Assembly: GCA_036172245.1 (NCBI GenBank) | Contig: JAYWIR010000023.1 | Span: 2,294,001 to 2,358,000 of the forward strand | Direction of reading: 5' to 3' | Source of the DNA: Raillietiella orientalis | Lineage: Eukaryota | DNA: 64,000 nucleotides | Part shown: positions 48,483 to 62,150 of the stretch, one piece after another | Numbering within the stretch: the first letter of the stretch is position 1 | Layout of the letters: each line of letters opens with the position of its first letter | Program-made: the position numbers and the translations under genes | The notes under the pieces: model-generated | The model's input: only the letters and a program-made list of their open reading frames with translations | The model's database searches: none | Told to the model about the DNA's origin: nothing

Positions 48483-51400
48483 TCCCGCGTGACCTGTGGA
48501 CCGAAGGCCGCCCCCTGATGTGTTAAAAGGATGGCAGAGTCCAATGCGAAAATGCTTGGGAAAACCCCAAAGGTTATCTTCCTCTTGCAGCATTCAGCAT
48601 CGCGAAGAGGGGGCCATGTGACAGCAAGAAGAGATAGGACGTGACATCAGCTTGCTTGTCAATCAACGGCCGCAAAGCAGAGGTTGTGTGAGTGGGATGC
48701 GTGCTCGGGAATCTTGAGATAATTTGAAAGGCTACAGAATTGCCTAGGGACTTTGTCGAGCTCCCAAGATGGTCGCGAAGAAGGGACCAAGTTTTCTGAA
48801 GCCAAGAGAGCGGATCTCGTGCAGCGGACTCTCTGCTGGAAAATTCCAACGGCGCCTCCATTTTCAAGTCGCAGTCTGAGGCTCTATGCGGCGCACGAAT
48901 CGGATGCAGCTCAGAGCATCCGCAAACTCACATGGATCGTTCCCCGCCTTGTGTTGCTCAAGTGATGGAGAATGAGCTCGAGACCCAGATTGTCCTTGAA
49001 TATCCGCATAGGCTTGCCCGTGAGGTACATCCCACGTCCTGGAATCGTCTTCCCCTTGACAACGTGCTGGTGCAAGATCTGGAAGCTGGAGAATGCAAGC
49101 AGGATGGCACGGAAAAATCCTGCGAGACCCTCGTCTCAATCTAGGCATCTGGAAGAAGCAGTTGCGCAGGTGCCTCGCCGCACCGATGCCGTCACTGGGA
49201 CTCGCGAAACGCACGCGGATCAAGACCGAGAGACGAATCGGCCCGGCGTGTGACCTTCTTTTGTCCCCGGTTTGGCCCCCACCTGCCCCGATGCCGCTTT
49301 CACCTTACAACTTGCTGAACGAGATTGGTAGGTTTCTGGACCAAGACAGGAACGAGGCAGCACCCGACAGCAATCCATTTGCCAGAGGTCGAGGAGAGCC
49401 TTCGAAAAAATCTGGCACGGTTCCTGAAACTCAGAGGCACTCGGTTGACACCCGATCGGCACCAGTGAGTGGTGGTGATGGACTGTGGTGACAAGCTTTA
49501 CGACGCGACCAGACGTAGCAGGCTGAGGGAAGAAGCAGGCAGGCACAGAGGAACACCGTCTCCGTGATCAGCCAGGAAGCTGCTTCGAGTTCTTGCCAGA
49601 TGTCTCCGCCAGGTTGAGAGCTCCCTCCGATTCCGGGATTTTCCTTTGTTTTGGCTTTCTCTTCTTGCTCACCAGGAGAAGAGTGTTGAGGCATTTTGCT
49701 TGAGCATCCAAGGTGGTTTGGAGACTTTCAGTGCCACCCGAAGATTCGAGATCTTATTCGTAATCTTCTCTTTTGGATGCTGGTCCGAAGATTTTTTTTT
49801 TTTTTTTTTTGCATATCAAAGAGATAAGGGAATGACTGACTCGAGCTATTTTTAGAAACTCTGGGAAGAAAGCTTTGGGAAAAGACAATGTGAGGTTCGT
49901 GAAAAGAAATTTGCCGGTCCGAGATGCTATTAAAAGATTCAAAAGATTTGCATCGAGGGCAAGATTTAAAAGGGATTCAAACGTAATGAGCGCTCCGTTG
50001 CAAGTCCATTAATATAAAACAAAAAAAAAACTTGGAGAGGATTCAAGTATCGAGAGAATTCTCGTAGACAGGCTGCGCACGGGCGCAGCCTTCTACGAGA
50101 AGCGCAGTCGGTAAAGCTAAAATCTTCGTCTCCCGTGAACTACCACCTGGGATGGGCGAAACGATCCTCTGCACCACGCCAGGTCCGGACGAGTCCGGAA
50201 TCTCCCGGACTGAATGCCTTCAGAGGAAACGGGTCGGTCGTTCTACTTCGAAGGGAACGTGCTCTTCCCGGGGTTCTGGGAGATATCGTCCACGTAACTA
50301 TCGTCATCAGTGACTGCCAGGGAATGGTCGTACGGGAGTGAGCCACCTAGTTCTGGAGGGAAATTTCCCTTCCGGAGATGGCAAGCTGCTATGGAAACCG
50401 GCACTTGGATCCGATCCTGCATCACGTAGGCAAAGAAGGGTGCGGTTCATTCTCTAAACCTCCTGCACGAGCAAGGAGGCTGTAACCGGGAATCTTCCAG
50501 AGGGTTCCCCGCAGCCCTCTTCTCCGGGATGCTTCGGGGCGTGCAGACGCGAGGAGGCGCCACGTGGGGAAGAGCATGGCCCCGGAACCGAAGGCCTTGC
50601 CTCCTCTCTCGCCTGCAGCAGGGCTGTCGGAAGCGACCGGCTCGTGTTCCACGCTCAAGGCGGTGCCCGGTGTATGTGATGGTGGTCAGACAACAACCCT
50701 CTGTGCCGTTGCCAGTGTGCTGTGAGAGCGGTGGTCCATGCTCATTCCACTGTCACCTAGCGACCATCTGGTCCTGCTGCTGCTGCTGCCGCTTTTCGAG
50801 TGGTGTCCTGACAGCAGCACAGGTTCGAAGTCCAGCCCCGCGAGGGAAGGAAAGGGTCAAGGAGAGCTGAATTCCTGACCCCCTACGTTTGCACCGGAAG
50901 GAAAAATCCCGGAGTCATGCTGAGGGCGGCGTGCGCAAGAGACGAACGGAGTGGAGCCGCCCTCCTGGGAGGAGAAGCGTGAGCGTCAAGGCTGCTCGCT
51001 TTCTCGAAGGAATCCCGGAAGATCCTGGAAGAGGGGGAGGAGGAGGAGACTCCCGTTTATCCCGGGATTCGTTCGGCGGAGCCGGAGAGAAGCCATCCGG
51101 AGTTTTTCCCACCCCTTCCCCGAGAGGGGCTGCCGCTCCCGAGCAGCTGCATCTCAGGATTCCCGTTTTCGTCCGAGCGGCTTCGGAGTGAGGGGACGAC
51201 GATTCTCCCTTTGAGAAAAGGGGAGAGGAGGGGGAGAGGAACAAAGCACGAGGGAAGAAGTGGGAGACTGGTCGCGAGCTGGGTCTGCAGATCATCAGGG
51301 AGGGTTGCAATTTGCTCCCCATCTTTTTGCTCCTGCTGCCTCGATTGAATACGAGGGAGCTCAAGAGCCGGCAAAGAATAACCATCCCGTTCACGTCCGT

Positions 51401-54274
51401 GCGTTGCCATAGTTCTTGGCCGGGGAGCGCGGCGGAAAACAAGTTTTTCCCCCTTCTCCTGGACCGGTTTAATCCCCGTATTCCCTTCCAGAGTTTGTCC
51501 CTACGTATCAATTATTCAAAAGCGAAAAAATCCAGCACAGATCCACAGATTCATATCGGCTGCCTGCGGATCTTCGCACAACAATGCGATTGGTCGGATC
51601 CACGGTCGATGCTCCACGGACGCAGCCTCGCACGCGCCTCGATCCTTCCGCGCCACGTGCTTGCCTCCCCTCTTTCCTTTCCGTACTTCAAATCCGAGAT
51701 GCGAGTGTGAGCGAAGCGGGGAGCACCTCCTTGCGGGGGGAGAAGAAAGGGGGAGGAGTAGCGGATTGAGGCGGGAGATTCTCCTCCCCTTTCCCTCCTC
51801 TCTGCGGCAAGGGGTCGTTGCTTTCCGGACGGTCTTGCGGCTGGACGAGTTTCCCTCCGCGTCCTGCCTGAGGCTGGCTCCCCATCGGGTACAGAGGGAA
51901 CTCTCGGGTGGGTCGTAAGGAGGAGAAGGAGGAAGAGGCGAGCACGGAGCTCCGGCCCCACGCTGGCACCCCCTCCTGCCCGCCTGCGCTCTCTTGACTC
52001 TTCACCCGACAGAGGCGTACCCTCTCTGCCCGACGGTCTTCTGGGAGGTCGGAGACGTCTGCTCCGCCACGGGAGATTTCCGTTTCGAGAAGGGGCGGCT
52101 TCTTCTCGAAGGCCTCGAGCACCTGCCCTCGGGGCTGGTCTCGGAGAGATCTGCCTCTACAAGGTGCGCGGCGGTTTCTTTGGGGTCAGGGTAGGTCAGT
52201 CCCCCTCCTTCCAGTGCAGGAAGCGCTCCCTGCTGCAACTGAGGAGGGATGCTGCTGCTAGTCCTCCACGCCTTGCCCTTCCGGCGTTCCTTCCGCCGAT
52301 GCCGGAGGCGCAGCGAGTCCCGTCGGCGTTCCTTCCTCCCTCGGGAGGACCGGTGGTCGCTCCGGCACGCCTATAGGTAGGAGGATCCGGGAGATCCCTC
52401 TCAAGAGAATGCGGAGGGGGAGGGAGAACTCATCTCGTGACTCCCGAAGGGTACCTGTTCTCCCGTTCGCCTTCTTCGCCCCTCCTAGCCCCGCTCGCTG
52501 ACTTCCCGCTCTTGCTTCCCGCTTCGGAGGCGAACGGGGTTCGCGGCGCGATCTGCCAGCGCAGGGAGGGCCACCGGACGGACGTGTTTCCCGGAATACC
52601 CGGTGGCGCGTCTTGGGTGGGTCCGCGGGCTACGAAGGCACAAGGACAGACTCGGAGGGATCTCAGAGGGATCCTCTCGCCTCTGTCTTATCCGTACCTG
52701 CCCTCTCGTCCCGAAAGCGCCCGATGAGGCCCGGGATGCCTTCTGGAGACCTGAAAGAGTGCGGGACCCTCCCGGCGTCGCGCCGCGCAGCCTCCGCGTC
52801 CCCCTTCCTCGCTCCCGGGATGGAGACAGAGAATGGATTCCCCTCCTCCCTGAGAGGAGCCCTCAGGCAGATCAGGGGGGTACCCTCAGCTGAAGAGGGG
52901 AGGGGTTTCGCTCAGCCCCTTCCCTTCTTCCGCCGAGCAGGGGCGGTCTCTCCTACGCCTCCGCGAGGGAAAGGTCGCCGTCCCTTCCAGAATCCACGGC
53001 GCGCGCGCTATCCCGGGGCTGCACTACTGGGAATCCCTGGAGTCGCTCTTCCCTCACTCCCGGGCGGGAGGTACCGCCCTCTTTGCGGTTAGTTGCTTCT
53101 TCAGCCGAGGAGGCGCACATTGGCGCTGCCTCCTGATCGACTGAGGTGAGGGGGCTCGTCGGGGAACGGAGGTCGACCTCGAGCGGCGGAGAGCCAAGAC
53201 AACGGAGAGGGATCATCGATGGGCACCCCTCCTTTCCCCTCTCTTCCTTTTCTCTTGGAAGGAAGGGGGGGGGGGACGGAAGGATGCTTGGCATCTACCG
53301 CTCCCATCCTCGTGCGGCGGCGCCGCAGGGCGTGGACCTCGGGAGGCCATCCCTTCCACCGGGGAAAAGGTGGGAGGGGCGTCCACACTTCCCCTCCCTT
53401 CCTTCCCGGAGCGAGCAAAGGACGGCCATGGGAGGGGAGCCGGGAAGGAGGGGTTCCCCGCGATGGTGTGGGACGAGCCCCGAACGACGCCAGGATTATC
53501 TGGGGATCCGATCGGACGCCCGGGAGGGGGGGAGGAAGGGCGACGCTCTCTCTCATCGAGTCGCAGGGAGATTTGGGAGGGTTTCGGGATCGTGGGGGAA
53601 GGGGGAGGAGAGACGCGGATTCGCCGGCCCACGTCCCGGTTCTCCACTTTCTCCCACCCCCTATTCCACCCCCGTGGGCGCGTCTCAGCAGTGCTGCACA
53701 CGTGACCTCCGGCGCGACGTCCTCCCTGCCCCGCTTCCCCTCGGAGGAGGGGCCGACGGATGGGGAAGTTTCTCGCCCCCACTCCACCCCACCCCGCCCC
53801 TTCGCGCGCGTCGCGTTCTTTCCCTCCCTCCCCTTTACACTGGGGGGGGGGGGGAGGCAGAAGAGGGGTGGGGGAAGCGGGGAGATAAAAGGGGAGGAGC
53901 CTCGGACGGACGCTCCCCTCCCCTTCCCCTGCTGTCGTGGGCGCCGAGCCCCTTCCTGACGCTTATCGACCGCGTGGCTGCTGCCTCTCGACGGCGCTGC
54001 CACCTCTCGGAGGTGAAGGGCGCGGGGAAGGGAAGGAAGAAGAGGGGGGCGGATGCAGAAATCGAGACGCAGTGTCGGAACCCGACCCCGAAGACAGGGT
54101 GGGGACAGGCGAGGGCGCGCCGTCCCCCGGCAGGGCAGCAGCTCGTCGAGGATCCCCTTTAGGGGTAGGAAAATGAAGGAAGGGGAGGAGGAGGGAGGGA
54201 AGGAGAGGGGGGGGGAGGAAGGGGAGAATCCCTCGAGGCGCAACTGATGCAACTTTTCCCTTCTTTCTTTGCAG

Positions 54275-54319
54275 AACCTGAAGAACCAGATCATGACGAC
54301 CATCGTCTGGGTCGAGCAG
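54275..54319 (+). CDS. nAChRalpha: nAChR subunit coding exon 2 (45 nt, includes the loop D Trp)
   Basis: NLKNQIMTTIVWVEQ. Branch-like CTGAT, polypyrimidine tract and CAG acceptor ending at 54274; donor GTAGGC at 54320; phase 0/0. This is the 45-nt exon typical of nAChR genes. Confidence 0.95.
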
Positions 54320-57300
54320 GTAGGCCACGGGGCATTCCTGCTCCCACCCTCTTCCCTGCCCCTTCTCTCCCCTCTCCCCATCCGGCCCTGCCCACTGGGC
54401 CTCCCTCGCCTTCCGCAGGCGTCTCGGCGGCGCTGGGTGCAGAGCTCCTCCGACCGGTCGGGCGCGCAGTTGTGACGGCGGCTCCCCCGCTCGGATCCAC
54501 CAGCAGCGGGGTGGCCCGCAGGGAGTGTCCACGATTCGCCTCCCCTTCCCTCCCCGACCCCGAAAACGGACGCCCTAAGACGGTTCCTTGCGGCGCTCCG
54601 GGGAACCAAGGCTACGGGAAATGGAAAGGCGATGAGCGCTCTTGGTCAGCCATCTTGGTTTTCTCGGCCGGACGACTACACCCGATGTTCCCTTCCGCAT
54701 TCCCTTTTTTCCTCCTCTCCAGAGTTTTTTTTGTTTTCCTTTCCCTCTTCCCCCTCCCTTCCGCCCTCTGGACTTGCGTGAGTGTCACCAGGAGCGAAGT
54801 GAGCCGGAGACTGCACTCCGCCGCTCGCGCCGGGGGCAGTGGCCGAAAATCCTCTGTTTCCCGTCTCCTCGTGGCTCGTGGGTGGGCAAAATTTTCGGTC
54901 CAAGGGTACTGCTTATCGGGAGTGCTTCTAGGCAGTGATCCACGGGGCTTCACTCTCGAAAGAAGATCGCTGCGCGTCAGGAGGAGGTTCGTTCGCGCCG
55001 CGGGTGGAGGCGACCCACGCGCCTCCTTGGCACTCCACTGCGGCGCCGGTCGTGGAACGGCACCACGGAACACGGCAGCAGCCGCTTCCGTGGCTTCTGG
55101 CTGGAGCGAGCGGTTCCTGCGGTGGGAGGAAGCGTCTCGATAGCCCAGCACGCGTTCAGAGGGAGCGCTGAGCGTCAGCTCTCGGTCGTCGGTGGCGCTG
55201 CTGAGTCCGCCAGGTCACGCAAAGTGCGCCGGAAAAGTTCCTTCGTCGGTCCTGCGATCCATGCGCCCCCTCCCCCTCCATCTGCGGAGCGCCGCGGCCG
55301 TCGAGGAGACGGCAGCCGAGGGAAGCTCCAACAGCACTGAGCGGAGGTCACGCTGCGGGCTGGCGCCACCTCGTCAGCGCGTCGGTTCGAAACGCCGACC
55401 TTCTTCCGTCGCAGCACCTTCCGTTCGCAGTCTCCTCTAACCTGAGAGAGTCATTTTTTCCATTCGATTCCATGCGGAACGCCCCCCTGACATCGAATTG
55501 CCTCAGGCATCGACAGCCTCTGCTCGCGAGATTTCTCTATCCCACTAGCTTCCGTCGCATCTCCACCCCTCCAAAAAACCGCGTGTTTTCTATAATGTTC
55601 TTTGCAAAAAAAAATGAAAAAAAACTTTTCCTCTGTTGGAATACGAATTTTCTCCATCTTCTGGTGCCACCTCCAAGCTATGCGCCATTTGCTTGCTCTT
55701 TCGGCCGGACCTTGTCTTTTTCGCATGCCTCACCTGCACACGGTCGGTCCTTTCCCGGGAGGCTGAGCACCGCAGCTCACTCCGGGCAAGCGGAAAGCTC
55801 GAAGGTCCAGAGGGTGCAGCATTCGAGTCCACCTCTGTTGGGAATTTCTCTGGAAGTGTTCTTTTCTTCTTCTTCTTGAAAGTGTTCCTTGCATTTTCCT
55901 GACCCTTTCCATGAGATAGCCTTCCACGGTAGCAACAAGGACGGGAATATCAGCATCTGCTTTTTCCTCTTTACGGATATCATGCAGCGGTGATGAAAAT
56001 TTCTGCTTTGCTGAAAATGATTCATCAGGAAGGAGTCAAATCTTCAAGGAGAGGCTGAGATTATCCGGCGAAATTAAAAGGCGAAGATATTGATTTGCAG
56101 AAGAACTGGGCAGGAAGCAAAATCGTCCCTGGATAGAGTCCCGTAAATGAGGTACCATCTGTTTGCATCATCTTTTCGTCAGTAATATCATAATATATTA
56201 AGCCAGAGGAATCTCCGCTCACTGAAATTCAATCAAGTCGACCACGTGAATAACCACATCAGGTTCGAGGAATCACCTGCAGATCAGAACGCAGGGAAAA
56301 TGAGACTCGTTGGGACTTTTCTCGAGGAAGGATGCCGCCGCTTCCAATCTCCCGGTCAGCCATCGTGACACCAGCTTCCGAAAGCCTGGTGACGCTCGCT
56401 GCTGTCACTCCATTATCCGTCCATGGAAAACAAAGACAACAAAAAGTTATCTCCTTCCTTTATGATTCTGGAGAATTATCGATCTGGGGAAAGTGTTGTC
56501 CATCAGCTGTTTGGAAGATCCGCATCGAGTGTTTCTGCAGTATGCTCCAGCCGTCTGCCAGATTCTGATACCCACATCCTTGGAAACCACACTGCCAGTG
56601 GCTTTTAGCGATCCGAGCCGCAGGTTTGGACTCACGTCGCATTAAGACATCTGAAGGAATGGCATCGATACTAATGCATCGCAGCATGCATCAGTATCGG
56701 TAACTATGGCTGTTAAAATGAATAACCACAAAGAGTACGTCTCGAGTGTGTTTCGAACCGGACATCCGGTAGCCGTTAACACAACTTCAGATACAAATGT
56801 CAGCATTTTTAGAAGACAAATGGTTCCATTCAGCCACGGCGTTACCATGCGCCCATCTTTGGCGACGTCAGTTCCATTTTCATCGAGAGGACCGAAGTTT
56901 TCGCTTAAAAACTTTGCACAGACAAAGCAGAGCTGATGAAGCTGCTGCAGAACGTGCAGTGAAAGCACGAAGAGAAACCGGGGGAATCACTGTAATGAGA
57001 ACTGACAGCGGCAAGTAAATGAAAACTTGTGGATCAGGATGAGGCATACTTTGGACGGCAGCAAGATCCATAAACCCCCGAACTTCTACGAATCGATGTT
57101 TATGAATTGCAGCTCACGACCAAGCTTCCAGACGGAGTTGCCAGTTGCTGCTGGCAGGGTTGTTAGTCAAGCAAGAGGGACAAAAATCATCGGCTCGTTG
57201 TGGACCGCTCGATCAGCAGGATTCTCCTCGTGTCCAGATTTCAAAGGTGGAACTCATCAGCAGAAATTCATTGGATGACTGGAAAATGGGTGCTCAAGCC

Positions 57301-60300
57301 TCATGTGTGTGACAGGATCCGCATGGAGCAGCTTCTTTTCTCTGGCGAAAACACCACCTTGCGAGGAAAAAAAGGGAAATTGGGCGGTAGGGTTTTCACT
57401 TTGGTGGCTGCTTTCTGGAAGATGCCTGCTCTGCTTGCAGTATCGATTACGGTGCCAGCATCTGATGCTCAAGTAACTCACCAAACGGATTCCCTAATAG
57501 CAAAAAAAAAAAAAAAAAATTGAGACAATGATATGTTTGCGTCTCATGAAGATGCGAAATCTCAAGCGTGATTGAGTTCTGATAGGATCCAAAATATCCT
57601 TTATTGAAAAGGGAAGTTATCGGGGTGTATCCACAGAGGAACAGAACGGATAAACGGTACTTTAAGAAGAGTATCAAAAACATTTGGAACGCATCATTTT
57701 TTTTTGCCATGCCATTTTTGAAAATGAAGACCAATCTTGGAATGTCCCTGGAAGTCTTCGAACTAAAACTGAGAAGTTTCATTTGTTTCCTGAAATAATT
57801 GACCACCTGAGTGATGCATGAGTTCAAATGGAAGGAGACCCAAGTCCATACCGAACAGCACATTTTAATAAATACGCTCGTCTTGGCATCTAAGGAAGCT
57901 GGGTGCCAGCAAACTAGGAAAAGACAGTTGGATCGACTTCTCAGGGACGTGTTCGCTCCCGCTGCTGGCAGTTTGATCGCCTCAGAGCACAAGGACTGTG
58001 AGTTGCGGTCAAATGGATTTACGAGCAAAAGATCTGCAGAGATGCTGTAGCTGCAACGCAAAGCAAATTACTGGGTGCTCAAACGGATGCTCGAATGGAT
58101 TCCGGAAGCAGTGTCGCTGAACCAGAACGGCGACTGTTTAGACTTTTCCATTTACTGCTTTCTCAGTTTCCGAGAGGAATCTCCACCGCTTCTTCTGCCT
58201 GTGACCTGGAAATGCAGAGTTCGAAATTTCTGTAGGCGTATTTTCTCTCAATGCAAAGAAGAAAAAGAAGAAGAAAAAACCAGAATAGAAACGATCGTGC
58301 ATCTTGCTGATTATTCAGTTCACGAACGCTTGATTTGGAAGCTTCTCGGTGAAAGATTGTAGAAGAGCATCCAAGAGACACCAGAGAAGAACGAATGATT
58401 CATGGAAATAAGTAGCTGTGCTTTCGTTAAGCGCAAACGAAACTGCGAGAACCTGTTGAGTTTCGAACGATCGATGAAGAGCAGCTTACAAACGGAGTCG
58501 GGAATTCGATCGAGAAACAGGAGAGTTTCGTGTTTGTCAATTCCTACATGCAGCCCCGGATTTCATCGTTCTGGTGGAAACACCTCAATCTCTCAAGGTG
58601 TCGATTAATCCCTGCGTTCAGCGTTGCAATCCAAATGGTGCAGCTACCAGACATCCCCCCTCCCCCTTCTTCAAACTGTACAGTCACCTTCTTCCCCGTA
58701 TGTTTGGGAGGAACAAGAGCCATCCATATGCGGGTCAAAATAGTTGCCACCATGATGCGCAGTCACTGTGATAGTTGGAGTGAGACAGGGATTGACTTTC
58801 TTTTCACGGTGATGATGCTCATGTTCTTTTCACGATCAGGTTTGAAGAACATGCGGTGCACGATGTGGCGTGTGTGTGTGTTATTTCTTATGCGAGCGCG
58901 CATGTAATCAAGTAAATCTTGAATGTGTGATTTCCTTACGCAGTTACGTCCTAGACACGCATGTTCGTCGCGTACTTATCCCCTGTACATACTCCCTGAT
59001 AGCACGAGCGTACGGTGCTGTGCAATCAAAATAATACTTGGCTTCGCTGATGCATGCGGCGCTAACAGCAAGTGGTCACCAAGCAGATGTAAGTGCAGAT
59101 CATCTTGAAATCATAGGATTGGAAGAATGATGCCTCAATCGAAGTAATAGGAAATTGCATCCTCGAAGCGACCATCCGTGTCTCGGTTCGTGGAATCGCC
59201 CTTAGCCGTCACTGTCGCTTCGCGGACTTTATAGAAAGCTCCATGTGAGTGGTCAGGACAGCAGTATCATAAAATCAGCATATTGCGGAGTGTGCTTGCA
59301 GCAGCAGGGTTGAGAGATGTATGATCATGTGAGCTGCTCCGGCGTCGACACAGGGCTTCCATTTTTTGTGCTGTGTAGCAATCTTTCGCGCTAATGCTGT
59401 GTCTGCAGCAGATATGCTCTTCCACCTCTCTCAGTCATGGGTGTTTTGCACCTGTGCACGCAGTCCCCGCGGTTAAGGGAGAGTTTTCCCACATTCCGTG
59501 GAACGTGGACTAAGCTGGAGAATACCTGGGAACGGTCAGCCAGAAGTGTTTCCATATGGTGTTCCCATAAGATTCTCTCCATTCTTATGAGACGATTAAT
59601 AAGTATTCCCATAAGGTGCTTTGAGTGAATGCGCCTCATCACGAGCACTTGGTTTTGGTGTTGGAGCAGTTATATCGCAACTCCTAAGGGTACATCACCT
59701 TGGGATGTATCAGTTCTAGCTAAGCACTCTACACTCCTATGTACCTGTTTGTACAAACGCAAATGCGTATAATCATAACGGTAGGATTCACGAATAACGT
59801 GAGATTTCCGTTTGAGTAGTAGCGGGTGCTGATTAAATATCCGTTTCTGGTGTTAGTCAAATAGACGCAATTTATTGGGTGTGGGAACTCATGCACGACG
59901 CAGGAATCAGCTAGTTTTTGTACACTTATTTATCCAGTCAGTAAAACTGCCTTTATGTCATGGAGCTACTCAGCATGATGATGAGCTATGAGGTGGATGA
60001 ATTCCACATTCTGAGGTGAAGAGCGTGGTGAATCAGGTTTTCACTATGCTCCTCTGATCATCAGAGCTGCTGGTAGCGCGTCTTTTGTTTGTTTCGATGC
60101 AGAATTTTCAGCTTATCCAACATGCGCAAAATTGCGTTTCGCTTGCATTCTGTACGAAAAATCGTCTGCTACGTGATTTTCAACGATGGCCGGAGGCAAC
60201 TCCCTCGAGAAGACCTGTCGGAGGTCCGCAAGTGCCTCTGCGTGCCGAGCGAAGTGACTCTTTGCAAGCCGAAGTGAAGCGAAGGCTCGCGTGATTTCAC

Positions 60301-61149
60301 TCTCAATTCCGGGTGATGGACACTTCGAGTCCTCTCTAACCGTCATTTTGAAGTGTCTCAGAAAGGATGGTGCGAATAAATTACAACTAAAAATGGAGGT
60401 TTCCCTTCGGGGAGGGAGGTGTGTGTGCACCCTTCCCATCTCCGGAAACTTAAAATCGTTGAAAAGTATTCGAGCCTGGGGAGATGAAGTTGCGCAGAAC
60501 TTCAAGAGAAATGCATCATTTACATGTGAATGCGTGGCTTCGATGAGAGACCATTGAGCTGCCTTTCGTTTCGGGCGGGTATTTCCTGGTTGCATTTTCC
60601 ATTCCCATCTCACCCTTCAAAACAGCTATTCAATCCTTTGACGGTCTTGAAAAACATATTCCAAGATTTTGTCGATCCTAGATAAGTAAGTGGTTCAACA
60701 GGGAGAGAAAATCAATGCGTGCAATTAGCGTTTGTTGATGCTAATGGTGATCTGGTAATGACTCAACATTCTTGAAGTAATTCTTTTAAATTTACAAATG
60801 ATACATGAGGCCCTAATGCTCATCGCACGTGACTGCATCTTGTTTCGGGTACCCCATATCCATTCCAGTCAATTAAGAGTTGATTAAAAATGTTATCAGA
60901 AACAATTTGGAGTACTGGGAAACGGAAAATCCAAGCATAAGGCACTGCTGCCTAACGTTCTCATTGGAGGGCTTCGTCATCGATGACGTCAGCTTTATAA
61001 CTTGTTTGTTCATGAGCGGACGTGTACGTTTTAATATTGGTGTAAGCCAAGACCAAAGCCCATGCTGATAAATTCCCACACTGCCTCACTATATATTGGA
61101 AAAAAAAAAGAAGAGGAAGAAGCATACACTATGTTTCTGAGATGTCTAT

Positions 61150-62150
61150 TGCCTGGATGATGGAGATATCCTGGATAGGTGACTCGCAGCATTTGTCAAA
61201 ACGAAACTTCGTTTCACAAGATGTCGGTCTCATGTTCTCCTCGCTCTCACAAAACAAAGGGATGATGTCCTTATCCTCGCCATCCTGTTCTGCGTGATGT
61301 ATAAGATCTTGAACATTAATTCCGAGATTTTAATTTATGATGGATGCTGGAGCAAGTCCGGAGGCATCGCTGCAGACTTGGGTTCCGATGGCGCTTCGAG
61401 AAGTTTTACTAGTTCCTGCATTCGCTTCATGATCACGTCTTCGGAAGGATAAGATCGGAAGAAACCTCTCATTCCTTTGCCTTCTCGAAGAATCCGTGAG
61501 TCACTAGTGCCAGCAGGTGTGCCATGTTTTTATAGGCATTTGGAAATGTTCTGCACTCGAGCAGGAATGGGTAGAGTGAATTTGGGATGCACGCCGCGAT
61601 GGTTTTTCTCCCCCGCAGCCATCGACCAGTCTTTCCCGAGAATCGGGCCTTGATCTTCTGGAGGTGATAGAAGCGTTTACGTGTTATGTTGACAGTAGGC
61701 AACCTCATGCCTCACATTCATCATTGATCCGAGTGTATTAATGAGCGCGCTTTCGTCCAAAGCAAAAGCAACCAACTCGGTAGGCAAAAGTCTTAAAGTT
61801 GACTTTTGCAATCAGCTTGTCCGTTGGAGAGATAAATTACTGTCGGTCTGTTTGATTGGGTATGTAGTGAACCCTCCTTCGATTTTCTCCATTAAATCCA
61901 TTAGCAAGTAACTACTCGTAGTTACTTACAGGTTGATTAAGAAACGTGAAATTCAATCAAATTTTGTTTTGCCACGTGAATATCCAGGACGAAAATCGTG
62001 CACGTTCACTCATTGTGAGTTCATGTTCGTATGGATGGAACTTCCCGGACACGTGGACGTCACAAGTACGCCAAAGTGGTGTTGAGATTTTGGGGAGGAA
62101 AGTTCCAATTCTACAGAGGTGGACTTTTGCATTCGTTGTCATTCTAACAT
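61150..62150 (-). mobile_element. Highly decayed CR1-like RT remnant in nAChR intron 2
   Basis: FALDESALINT (cf. LD.G..VD) and HLQKIKARFSGKTGRWLRGRKT (cf. LL.KL...GI.G....WL..RKQ). Confidence 0.35.

Noticed and set aside
53101..54609. 502-aa minus-strand ORF and other long ORFs in the GC-rich domain (36142-37434, 53146-54162, 54247-55143, 1692-2717)
   Set aside because: Low-complexity R/G/P/S-rich translations open in several frames at once, as expected from stop-codon scarcity at high GC. No domain is recognisable.
56300..61100. Several moderate ORFs in intron 2 (e.g. 57447-58061, 60113-60613, 60873-61079)
   Set aside because: Only faint LINE-like words, too degenerate to assign, and no evidence of a nested host gene.
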